Below, one piece after another: positions 50,398 through 59,848 of a stretch of 64,000 nt of DNA. Position numbers and translations under genes: made by a program. Source of the DNA: an uncultured Bacilli bacterium (GTDB taxonomy: Bacteria > Bacillota_I > Bacilli_A > RF39 > UBA660). Location of the stretch: contig CANQQV010000003.1 of NCBI GenBank assembly GCA_947626095.1, positions 82,458-146,457 on the forward strand. The letters are read 5' to 3'. Position 1 is the first letter of the stretch, and every line of letters begins with the position of its first letter. Below the pieces are notes generated by a model, which saw only the letters and a program-made list of their open reading frames with translations, searched no databases and was not told the origin of the DNA.

Positions 50398-50856
50398 TTA
50401 CTTTTTTTTCATCCATTTAAATATTCTTTTAGGGCCATAATCCGTATCTATTGTTTCTAAATATTTAAAATCAAACTTTTCATAATAATTAACATGTTTT
50501 GAATGTAGATATAAATCGTTATAGCCCATCTTACAAGCTTCTTCTTTAGCTGATTCTATTAATAATTTACTATAACCATTACCACGATATTCTTCTTTAA
50601 TAAAGACATTAGCTAAAAAAGGTTTATATTCTTTTTTAGAAATATTATCATGTTCATTTAATTCATAAGCCCCAATTACTTTATCTTTATCTTTTAAAAC
50701 ATAAAGCTTAGGTAATTCACTTTTAAATAAAATACTTTGATATTCATTAGTTAATTGATCCAAAGTTTTATTTTTCTTTTGACCCCACCAATTATAAAAG
50801 ATCAACATTACTTCTTTAAAATCATCATTAAAACTTTTTAATTCAATTATTTCCAT
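50398..50856 (-). CDS. GNAT-family N-acetyltransferase
   Basis: PFLANVFIKEEYRGNGYS..LI, LYL and YYEKFDF motifs. Confidence 0.9.
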   Translation of the reverse strand: MEIIELKSFNDDFKEVMLIFYNWWGQKKNKTLDQLTNEYQSILFKSELPKLYVLKDKDKVIGAYELNEHDNISKKEYKPFLANVFIKEEYRGNGYSKLLIESAKEEACKMGYNDLYLHSKHVNYYEKFDFKYLETIDTDYGPKRIFKWMKKK

Positions 50857-50857
50857 C

Positions 50858-52276
50858 TTAACCTTTAAAAGTCTTTGAACTATTTGTATCTCCTTCTATT
50901 TCATAAACACTCATTGGAATCGGATTTTCCGCTGGAATATTATGTAATCTAATCAAATAGCCATAATTATTTTTTAAACCCATTTTGTCTAACTGTTCTA
51001 ATGTTCTATCAATAGCTGGTTGATATGTATCTTCTGTTCCAAAATTAGGTGAAGTAATCAAAATAATATATTTAAATTTATACTCATTAACAAAATCAGT
51101 ATCATTCATTGTTAAATATTTAGATAAATCCATTTTAGAACTACTATTAAATTGATTTTTAGCATCAACTTCTTTAGCATAATTTTCATAATAATCTTTA
51201 TTATCCATACAGTCGCCAATAAATGTACAATTTTCTTCAGGATATAAATATAAAATAACATTAGTAGCTGATAAAGTTTGTTTTAAAGCTTCTGTAACCT
51301 TTTCTTTAAAATTGCGTAGCATTAAAACATCCATATAATCATCTTTAACAATATATTGTGTTCTACTTTCATCATAAGTAATACTTTCAACAATAACACG
51401 ATCGTTTTCTACTTCGGAAGCTCTACTATGTAAATTACTTTCATCAATTCCTCTATTTTTTAAAACATTAGCATCATAACAAAGTCTTTGATTTTTTCGA
51501 CGATTTTGTTGATCAGTACCAGCACGAATTGACTGCATATCACATACAAATTCCACATTATAACGATTATTCAATGTTTTTAAAATATACTCATCTTCTG
51601 TTTCAGCTTTTACAACAGCCTTTTTTTGAAAAACAAGACGATACATATCTTCAGGATTTTTATGATAAAAATAATATGGCACTCCTACTAACGCCACTAG
51701 AAAAATAACCATTACTAAAGTTTGCAACGCTTTCAGATTCTTTCGATCAGCTACTACTTTTGTAAACATTGTCGTTAAAATAAAACCAACAAAGGCTATT
51801 ACGGCACTAGCAACAGCATAATAGCTCCATAAATCAACTTGCTTAGCATCAATTGCCGATATCAAAAATGATATAACAGCAACTCCCATTCCCCCAATAA
51901 TTAAAGCTAATGATTGAAGGCTTTCTTTTTTATCCTTAATCGCCCAAATAATAGCCATTACAATAATATAAACAGGAACAACTAAAATTAACTTTTCATT
52001 ATACTTTAAATAAGCACTAATTAAGAAGAAAATAATAACAGCATTCAAAAGGACTAAGAAAATCAATTTTCCAAAAAGGTTTTTAGCCTCTTTAACTTCG
52101 GCATCTTGTTTGTTTTGTTCTAACTCTGCCCTAGCTTTATCCTCTTTTTCTTTAGCAATTTTATCATAGTATTCTTGTGGAATTTCAATTAATGGCTTAT
52201 TATTAACCGGCTCATTATTAACATTGTTGTTATTTAAATTAGGAAATTCAAAATTATTATTCTCATTATTTGGCAT
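50858..52276 (-). CDS. Hypothetical multi-TM membrane protein with an extracellular domain
   Basis: Asn-rich N-terminus, five TM helices, large C-terminal soluble domain. Confidence 0.7.
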   Translation of the reverse strand: MPNNENNNFEFPNLNNNNVNNEPVNNKPLIEIPQEYYDKIAKEKEDKARAELEQNKQDAEVKEAKNLFGKLIFLVLLNAVIIFFLISAYLKYNEKLILVVPVYIIVMAIIWAIKDKKESLQSLALIIGGMGVAVISFLISAIDAKQVDLWSYYAVASAVIAFVGFILTTMFTKVVADRKNLKALQTLVMVIFLVALVGVPYYFYHKNPEDMYRLVFQKKAVVKAETEDEYILKTLNNRYNVEFVCDMQSIRAGTDQQNRRKNQRLCYDANVLKNRGIDESNLHSRASEVENDRVIVESITYDESRTQYIVKDDYMDVLMLRNFKEKVTEALKQTLSATNVILYLYPEENCTFIGDCMDNKDYYENYAKEVDAKNQFNSSSKMDLSKYLTMNDTDFVNEYKFKYIILITSPNFGTEDTYQPAIDRTLEQLDKMGLKNNYGYLIRLHNIPAENPIPMSVYEIEGDTNSSKTFKG

Positions 52277-52294
52277 TTAAATCACCCTATCTTT

Positions 52295-53518
52295 TTATCT
52301 TAACCATTTATATTTACGATACAAATAAATCGTTATCATACCAATAACAACAAATCCCCCCAAAACTATAGTAATTATATCTAAGGTCTCAGGATTCACT
52401 ACTGTATTAGTATACTCTACTATAATATTAACATCATAATCAGGCATTGTAAACGTTCTATTTGTTGTATCTATCACATTACCTTTACTATCTTTAACTA
52501 TTATTTTATCTACTTTATACCCAGAATTTGGCTTAATATTTAATTCTACATCTTCATTAGGTAAAGCACTTTCTTTAACTATAACACTACCATATTGCTC
52601 ATCTAAAACATTAATATAGCATTTATATTTATATATTCTAACTTTCTTATCTTGAACTAAAAGTAAATTATCTTTAATTCGATAAAACTTATTTATCCCT
52701 ATTCCTTTATCTATTGCTATCTTATCTATATAATCACCATTTAAATCATATAGATACATTCCATCATTGGCTAAAGCGACAATCTTATTATTTACTATTT
52801 CCCCATCAGTAAATTCTTCTACTCCATTTTGGCCAATTTCTTTTATTAACTTACCATTAGCATCAAAAAAACTTATTAACGAACTCTTTGTATTATCACT
52901 ATTTAATTTATATCCAACTAAAACATTTCTTTCTTCTGTATAACTAGATTTCAAATAATAATGATTTTCTAATCCCGTTTGATGAATCAAGTAATAATCA
53001 CTCTTAAAAATATCTTTTAGTTTATCACTATCATATGAGCTAAAACTATTTTCTTCTATCTTTAACTCTTCATCTATTTCATAGATATTTGTTCCATTTA
53101 AATTACCATCTACTAAATCCAATAAATAGACCTTACCATGATTTATATATACACTAAAATCAGTTAATGAAGATCCGCTAAATTCTTTTGTCTCCAAAAC
53201 ATGTAAATAACTATCTAAATAATATACTTTTAAAGTCATATTATCTAAACCTATTAATAAATATTGTTTATTATAAGCAATAATCTTCATATGAGATAAA
53301 TCACTAAATTCTTTTTCCGCAATTAATTTATCTCCTGAATACGAATAAACTATTTTATTACTAACAACAAAATAATTATTATTATCATTATACAAATAAT
53401 CTATTTGATACGAAGTATCCTTAACACTATTAAAAGTTAACGTTTTATCCGCCGCTTTAACAATTAAACAAGTAAAGAACATAATAATTATGAAAAAGAT
53501 ATAACTTAGTTTTTTCAT
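52295..53518 (-). CDS. Cell-wall-anchored protein: beta-propeller-like region, InlB-B/Flg_new-type repeat, NPET sorting signal
   Basis: Signal peptide; V.L.IKPNSGYKV..I.V...FTMP..DV.I..Y repeat; NPETL + TM + basic tail. Confidence 0.75.
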   Translation of the reverse strand: MKKLSYIFFIIIMFFTCLIVKAADKTLTFNSVKDTSYQIDYLYNDNNNYFVVSNKIVYSYSGDKLIAEKEFSDLSHMKIIAYNKQYLLIGLDNMTLKVYYLDSYLHVLETKEFSGSSLTDFSVYINHGKVYLLDLVDGNLNGTNIYEIDEELKIEENSFSSYDSDKLKDIFKSDYYLIHQTGLENHYYLKSSYTEERNVLVGYKLNSDNTKSSLISFFDANGKLIKEIGQNGVEEFTDGEIVNNKIVALANDGMYLYDLNGDYIDKIAIDKGIGINKFYRIKDNLLLVQDKKVRIYKYKCYINVLDEQYGSVIVKESALPNEDVELNIKPNSGYKVDKIIVKDSKGNVIDTTNRTFTMPDYDVNIIVEYTNTVVNPETLDIITIVLGGFVVIGMITIYLYRKYKWLR

Positions 53519-53589
53519 TTTATCATCTTCCTTCTACTATATATTATAAAATATTTTACGTCAGAAAAAAAGAGAAATATCTTCTCTAA

Positions 53590-53976
53590 TTAATCAATTG
53601 GTCTTAAAAAATCAAAATAAGGTATATTTCTTAAAATCATAAACACAAATAATAATACACCCACAAATACTACTGCTTTTACTGACGGGCTTATTATTTT
53701 ACCATTCTTAATATACACAATTATGGCATAAATAAGATAAAAGAATAAAACAAAAGATAAAATAAAGAATATCTGGTTATACTTAAAAGCCTTAACAAAT
53801 TGACCTTTTAATAATGCTTTTACCATTCTCGTAACACCACAACCTGCACAATATATCTTAAAAAAATGACGATAAAAACATTCATAGCCGATGACATCTA
53901 AAAACATTACAGATATTGCTAAAAAAGAAGTTATAATAAGCCCCGTTATTATAACTTTTAAAATTCTTTTTTTCAT
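53590..53976 (-). CDS. DUF2752 membrane protein
   Basis: C.Y...F.IYCAGCGVTR...L.G.F..AF.YN and LRN motifs. Confidence 0.88.
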   Translation of the reverse strand: MKKRILKVIITGLIITSFLAISVMFLDVIGYECFYRHFFKIYCAGCGVTRMVKALLKGQFVKAFKYNQIFFILSFVLFFYLIYAIIVYIKNGKIISPSVKAVVFVGVLLFVFMILRNIPYFDFLRPID

Positions 53977-53985
53977 CAATTAATA

Positions 53986-54405
53986 TTAAACGAAAGCAGC
54001 AAATACATATATAGCTATATATAATACAGAAACAACAAGCATTATACCACTTACTACTATACCAGCTATAGCTAAACCTTTGCCATCTTCCCCTTTATTA
54101 CTTGCATCTTTTAAACCAATTATTGAAAAAATAAGACCAGGAATAGCTAAAACAAGACCAGCGCAACATAAAAATATTGAAAGTATAGATAGAACAAAAC
54201 CAGTTATCGCAAAACCATTAGTCTTTTTTCCAGTAACAGCGACATTTTGATAAACCGGTTGATTTACTTGCCCAGGAATATTTTGCACTGTTTGGTTATT
54301 CTGTACTGGTTGTGCTGGTGCATCTTGTATAGGACTACCACATTTTTCGCAATACAAAGTTCCCTCTGCTACTTCATTTCCACAATATTGACAAAACTTC
54401 GCCAC
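53986..54405 (-). CDS. DUF4190 membrane protein with zinc ribbon
   Basis: FCQYCG..YCEKCG; TNGFAI.GFVLSI and G.GLAIAGIV motifs. Confidence 0.85.
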   Translation of the reverse strand: MAKFCQYCGNEVAEGTLYCEKCGSPIQDAPAQPVQNNQTVQNIPGQVNQPVYQNVAVTGKKTNGFAITGFVLSILSIFLCCAGLVLAIPGLIFSIIGLKDASNKGEDGKGLAIAGIVVSGIMLVVSVLYIAIYVFAAFV

Positions 54406-54487
54406 TTTACATCTCTCATTTCCTTATAATATAAATAATTATATCATGATTAAAAAGAACTTGTAAACAAAAAGAAAGATAAATAAA

Positions 54488-57400
54488 TTATCTTTCTACA
54501 TCAATATAACATTCATGACCATTTAAGTCATATTTTTCTTTTAATTTATCTTTCTTAACAATATCTAAAGATAAAGTTTCATTCTGAATATATTCTTTAA
54601 ATTTAGTAACACATTCTACTACTTTATCATCACCATCATAATATAGAGTAATACGATCCTCTACATTAAAGTCTTTATTCTTACGTAATTGTTGTACTTT
54701 AGATACCATTTCACGAGCAATACCTTCTAAAATTAAATCTTCAGTTAATGTTGTATCTAAGATAATAAAGTTATTATTTTCCATTCCAACATTAAATCCT
54801 TCTTTTGAAGTAATACGTACTTCAACCATCTCAGAAGTTATTTCCTTTTCCTCGTTACCTAATTCTAATTTAATAGCTTCACCCTTTTGTAACTTATTAA
54901 TACTATCAACATCTAAACTTTCTAGTTTAGTTTGGAATTCTTTGATTAATGGACCAAATACTTTACCAACAACTTTGAAGTTAGGTTTAACTGAGATATT
55001 CATATATTCATTTAAGTCATCAACGAATTTAACTTCTTTAATATTTAATTCTTCAGCAATTAATGGTACTAAGTCAGAAATCAATTCTTTATTCTTACCA
55101 TCTAATAAAGCTTCGGATAATGGTTGACGAACTTTGATCTTAGCTTCTTCACGAACATAACGACCAATTGAAATTAAGTTACGGATTAAGTCCATACGTT
55201 CTTCAACATGTTCATCAATTAATTTCTTATCTACTTTAGGATAATCAGTTAAATGAACAGATTTTTCATTAGTTAAATTACGATATAACTCTTCAGATAA
55301 GAATGGAGTTATTGGGGCAATCAACTTAGCTAAACCAACTAATACTTCATAAGTTGTAATATAAACAGATTTTTTAGAATCATTTAATTTACTACCCCAG
55401 AATCTATTTCTATTTCTTCTAATATACCAGTTAGATAAATCTTCAGAAACAAATGATGCTAAATAGTGAACAGCTTTATTTAAATCATACTCATCAAATG
55501 AAGCTCTAACATCACGTACTAATTTATTATACTTAGATAATAACCATTTATCTATTTCTTCACGTTTCTTATATGGTACATTGCATTCATCCGTATCAAT
55601 ATGATCGATATTAGCATACATTGCGAAGAAACTATAAGTATTTTTTAATGGATTAAAGAATTTAGAATATACTTCTTTTAATCCTTCAATATCAAATTTT
55701 AATGGCGTCCATACTGGTGATACATAAGGTAGATAGAATCTTACTGTATCAGCCCCATATTCTTTAATCGTTGTAAATGGTTCAACAATGTTACCACGAC
55801 TCTTACTCATCTTTTTGCCTTCAGCATCAAGTAATAAATCGTTTACTAAAACATTCTTAAATGGTGAACAACCTTTAACAAATGTTGAAATAACCATTAA
55901 TGTATAGAACCAACCACGTGTTTGATCGATACCTTCACAAATGAAGTCAGCTGGGAATTGACTTTCCCATAATTCTTGATTTTCAAATGGATAATGATAT
56001 TGAGCAAATGGCATTGAACCTGAATCAAACCAGCAGTCTAAAACATCTGGAATACGAGTCATTGGTTTACCACACTTAGGACATTTTAAATGAACATTAT
56101 CAATATATGGCTTATGCAAATCAAAATCTTTACCAATTTTTTCGATTGCCATTTCTTTTAATTCGGCAATTGAACCAACCATATGGGTATTACCACATTC
56201 ACATTTAAAGTATGGAATTGGACTTCCCCAATATCTACTTCTTGAAACATTCCAATCACGAGCATTAGCTAACCAATTAGCAAATCTCTTCTCCCCAACA
56301 TAAGCTGGATACCAATTAACTTTAGCATTAGCTTTAACTAATTTATCAGTCATCTTACTTACTCTAACATAATAACTTGGCATTGAGTAATAGATTAGTG
56401 GAGTATCACAACGCCAGCAATGTGGATATTCGTGTTGAATCTTTTGACGTTTAAATAATTTACCATTTTCTTTTAAGTATTCAACAACTTCTTCATTAAC
56501 ATCATGAACAAATCTACCATCCCATAAACCACCAACATAGCAGCCATCTTTACCTACAGGATTTAAATATGGTAAATCATATTTCTTACCAACATTTGCA
56601 TCATCTTCACCAAAGGCAGGTGCAATATGAACAATACCAGTACCATCTTCCATTGTTACATATGTATCACAAGTAACATAGAAACCTTTTTTATCAACAT
56701 CGAATGAAGGAATTAATTGTTCATATTCCATGTATTCTAAGTCTGTACCTTTATATTCCTTTAAGACTTTAACATCATCACCTAAAATACTACTTACCAA
56801 AGCTTTACCTAATATAAATTTTAAACCTTTAGATTCAACTAAAACATAATCTTCATTTGGATTAACACATAACGCAACGTTAGCAATTAAAGTCCAAGGA
56901 GTAGTTGTCCAAGCAAGGAAGTATACATCTTCATCTTTTTTCTTAAATGGTACAATAACTGTAATAGCTGTATCATTTTGGTAATTTTGGGCAACTTCAT
57001 GAGTTGCTAAACCAGTACCACAATGTGGACAATAAGGTACAACTCTTGTTCCTTCATAGAACATATCTTTTTTCCACATTTCTTTTAAAATCCACCATTC
57101 AGTTTCAATATAATCATTCTTATATGTAAGATATGGATTTTCAACATCAAAGAATTGACCCATTTTTCTTGTTAAATCAGTAAAAGCTCCTTCATTTTCT
57201 CTAACACTTTTACGACATTCTTCGTTGAATTTTTCAACTCCTAATTCTTCAATTTCTTTTTTAGAAGAAATACCTAATTTCTTTTCTACATGATTTTCAA
57301 TTGGTAAACCATGTGTATCCCAACCTATTTTTCTAATTACCTTTTCCCCATTCATTACATGATATTTAGTAACTGTATCCTTTAAGTTTTTAGATACCAT

Positions 57401-57580
57401 ATGATGTAATCCTGGAAAACCATTAGCAAAAGCTGGTCCATCATAGAAAACAAATGTCTTATTATTTTCTCTTAACTTAACTTGAGCATCATGCATCGCA
57501 TTAATACTTTTCCAAGATTTACTAATAGATTCTTCGACCTCACTAACTGGTCTTTTATCTAATTCTTTAAAATTCTTCAT
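54488..57580 (-). CDS. ileS: Isoleucine--tRNA ligase, type 2, with GLHH signature
   Basis: FYDGP, GWDTHGLP, AWTTTPWTL, GTGIVH.AP.FG..D, CWRC, DW..SR.RYWG, EG.DQTRGWF and KMSKS; type-2 C-terminus (LDT.LT..L..EG.ARE); upstream Ile T-box. Confidence 0.98.
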   Translation of the reverse strand: MKNFKELDKRPVSEVEESISKSWKSINAMHDAQVKLRENNKTFVFYDGPAFANGFPGLHHMVSKNLKDTVTKYHVMNGEKVIRKIGWDTHGLPIENHVEKKLGISSKKEIEELGVEKFNEECRKSVRENEGAFTDLTRKMGQFFDVENPYLTYKNDYIETEWWILKEMWKKDMFYEGTRVVPYCPHCGTGLATHEVAQNYQNDTAITVIVPFKKKDEDVYFLAWTTTPWTLIANVALCVNPNEDYVLVESKGLKFILGKALVSSILGDDVKVLKEYKGTDLEYMEYEQLIPSFDVDKKGFYVTCDTYVTMEDGTGIVHIAPAFGEDDANVGKKYDLPYLNPVGKDGCYVGGLWDGRFVHDVNEEVVEYLKENGKLFKRQKIQHEYPHCWRCDTPLIYYSMPSYYVRVSKMTDKLVKANAKVNWYPAYVGEKRFANWLANARDWNVSRSRYWGSPIPYFKCECGNTHMVGSIAELKEMAIEKIGKDFDLHKPYIDNVHLKCPKCGKPMTRIPDVLDCWFDSGSMPFAQYHYPFENQELWESQFPADFICEGIDQTRGWFYTLMVISTFVKGCSPFKNVLVNDLLLDAEGKKMSKSRGNIVEPFTTIKEYGADTVRFYLPYVSPVWTPLKFDIEGLKEVYSKFFNPLKNTYSFFAMYANIDHIDTDECNVPYKKREEIDKWLLSKYNKLVRDVRASFDEYDLNKAVHYLASFVSEDLSNWYIRRNRNRFWGSKLNDSKKSVYITTYEVLVGLAKLIAPITPFLSEELYRNLTNEKSVHLTDYPKVDKKLIDEHVEERMDLIRNLISIGRYVREEAKIKVRQPLSEALLDGKNKELISDLVPLIAEELNIKEVKFVDDLNEYMNISVKPNFKVVGKVFGPLIKEFQTKLESLDVDSINKLQKGEAIKLELGNEEKEITSEMVEVRITSKEGFNVGMENNNFIILDTTLTEDLILEGIAREMVSKVQQLRKNKDFNVEDRITLYYDGDDKVVECVTKFKEYIQNETLSLDIVKKDKLKEKYDLNGHECYIDVER

Positions 57581-58128
57581 TATTTCTTCTCCTCCATTTC
57601 AAAATTTAAATCAGTTAAATTATCTCCATCATAACCATAATGTGTATATATACTTGAAACATCTAATGTTACAATTTCATCTTTACTAATTCCCAATTTA
57701 TTTAAGCAATCATAAACTTCCTTTTCATTCTTTCCTTCTATTTCCATATATTCGGGGATTAATGGCCATCTATCTAAATCTACTTCAACACCATCTAAAA
57801 TATACTGCGTACGTCTATTTTGTTGAAAACCACGATTATGATAACCTAATACTTCTAATAATTCATTAGCTTTTTCAAAGTCATCAACTTCTATTTCTAA
57901 CTCTTTGGTTCCATCAATCGTTTTAGCCTCTAAATCTTTTATGGTAATTGTTGATTTAACCCCATTCGTTCTTAATCTTATCCATTTATTAGGATTTACT
58001 GGTTTAACATCATAAACATATCTTTGTTGTAAACTAGAAAACTTAAAAGTAGCACCTAGCCTTTCTAATTTCTTAACCATTTCATCATGATTAATTTCTA
58101 ACACTCTTACTTCATACTCTGTATTCAA
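57580..58128 (-). CDS. CYTH-domain (class IV adenylate cyclase/triphosphatase) protein
   Basis: EYEVR (ExExK-like), WIRLR, ITIK, KELE, RR..Y and MEIEG motifs; TTG start after GGAGGGG; TAATG-coupled to ileS. Confidence 0.88.
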   Translation of the reverse strand: MNTEYEVRVLEINHDEMVKKLERLGATFKFSSLQQRYVYDVKPVNPNKWIRLRTNGVKSTITIKDLEAKTIDGTKELEIEVDDFEKANELLEVLGYHNRGFQQNRRTQYILDGVEVDLDRWPLIPEYMEIEGKNEKEVYDCLNKLGISKDEIVTLDVSSIYTHYGYDGDNLTDLNFEMEEKK

Positions 58129-58143
58129 TTTATCCCCTCCATT

Positions 58144-58362
58144 AAAAAAAGTTCATATCTAAGGACGAGAAATACCCGTGGTACCACCTTAGTTTATGAA
58201 CTTATCATACACTCAAACTCTTAACGCGAGAAACGTTTACTTCTACTATTTTCAAAGTAACACATTAGAAGTGATTTACAATATTCTTTCATTTATTACT
58301 ATCTCACCATCCAAGTAACTCTCTTGTAACTACTTAAATATTGCCGTCTTCATCAATTGCTT
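58144..58362 (-). promoter_or_regulatory. T-box riboswitch with Ile (AUC) specifier
   Basis: Minus strand: AGAGA box, GGTGAGA distal loop, specifier ATC (58273-58275), AGTA..GAA stem II, T-box AAGGTGGTACCACG (58177-58190) and a terminator ending in a U-tract. Confidence 0.93.
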
Positions 58363-58453
58363 TACTTGCAATAGTATACAACAAGTATTTTAAAAATGTC
58401 AATTTAAATATTAAATATGATATAATTATAAAAGAATAAAAGGAGATGAAAAG

Positions 58454-59821
58454 ATGGATAGAAATATCTTTCGTGAATATGATATAAGAGGAGTTTATCC
58501 TACTCAAGTAAATGAAGAAGTAGCTTATACTGTTGGTCGTAGTTATGGTTCATATATTCAAGAAAAATTAAAAAGAAATATTTGTGGCGTTGGAAGAGAT
58601 AATCGTTTATCTAGTCCCCAACTTGCTAAAGAATTAATTAGAGGTATTACAGAATCTGGTTGTAACGTTATCGACTTTGGTCTAGTAACAACTCCAATGT
58701 ACTACTATGCTTGTTTAAAAGCTAACGTTATTATTGGCGTTATGGTTACAGCTAGTCACAATCCTAAAGATGATAATGGCTTTAAATTTAGCTTTGATCA
58801 TTTAGGTAATGCTCGTGGTGAACAAGTATATGACTTTAGAGATTATACCCTAGCCGGTAAATTCTTATCTGGTAATGGTAAAATAACTACTTTTGAACCT
58901 CGCGACTACTATTTCAGTTACATAAAAGAAAATATTGAAATGGGCGAAAGAAAAATTAAAGTTGTCTTAGATTGTGGTAATGGAACTACTTCATTATTTG
59001 CTAAAGACCTCTTTAGTATGTTCCATAACCTAGATATAACGATGATATGTGATATAAGCGATGCTACTTTCCCTAATCATCACCCCGATCCATCCGTACC
59101 TGAAAATAATAAAATGTTAATTGACAAAGTCTTAGAAATTGGTGCTGATATTGGTATTGGTTTTGATGGTGATGGTGATCGTGTTGGTTTCGTTGCCGAA
59201 ACTGGTGAATTTATTCAAGCTGATAAAGCTATGATAGCTTATATTAGAAGTATTAACGATAAAGTAAGTAATAAATCATACTTATACGATGTTAAATGTG
59301 GTAAAGCATTAGAAGATGAAATTATTAGATTAGGAGGAACTCCTGTTTGCTTTAGAACTGGTAATTCCTATACTAGAGCCGAAGTTAATAAACAAAACTA
59401 TCCATTTGGTGGTGAATACTCTGGTCATATGTACTTTAAAGATCGCTGGCCTTGTATTGACTCTGGTTTCTACAATGGCTTACGTATGTTAGAAATATTA
59501 AGTCATACCGATCAAAAATTTACTGATTTATTCGCCGGTATTAATACTTACTATAATACTCCCGAAGTTAGAGTCCCTGTAAACGATGATATTAAATTTA
59601 AAGTTGTTGAAAAAGTCATTGAATATGCTAAAAACAAACAATATAAATATATTGATGTTGATGGTATTAGAGTTCAATTTCCTGATGGTTGGGCTTTAGT
59701 AAGAGCCAGTAACACTGGACCTAATCTAACCTTAAGATTTGAAGCTAGTACTACTGAAAGATTAGAAGAAATAAAAAAAGAATTTGAAGACATTGTTAAT
59801 AATGCTATTAATACATTATAA
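58454..59821 (+). CDS. Phosphomannomutase/phosphoglucomutase
   Basis: FREYDIRG, TASHNP, DGDGDR, GEYSGH and GWALVRASNT motifs. Confidence 0.95.
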   Translation: MDRNIFREYDIRGVYPTQVNEEVAYTVGRSYGSYIQEKLKRNICGVGRDNRLSSPQLAKELIRGITESGCNVIDFGLVTTPMYYYACLKANVIIGVMVTASHNPKDDNGFKFSFDHLGNARGEQVYDFRDYTLAGKFLSGNGKITTFEPRDYYFSYIKENIEMGERKIKVVLDCGNGTTSLFAKDLFSMFHNLDITMICDISDATFPNHHPDPSVPENNKMLIDKVLEIGADIGIGFDGDGDRVGFVAETGEFIQADKAMIAYIRSINDKVSNKSYLYDVKCGKALEDEIIRLGGTPVCFRTGNSYTRAEVNKQNYPFGGEYSGHMYFKDRWPCIDSGFYNGLRMLEILSHTDQKFTDLFAGINTYYNTPEVRVPVNDDIKFKVVEKVIEYAKNKQYKYIDVDGIRVQFPDGWALVRASNTGPNLTLRFEASTTERLEEIKKEFEDIVNNAINTL

Positions 59822-59848
59822 AAAGGTACTTTATCAGTACCTTTTTTA
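59820..59848. terminator. Bidirectional terminator
   Basis: AAAAGGTACT/AGTACCTTTT stem between convergent genes. Confidence 0.8.
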
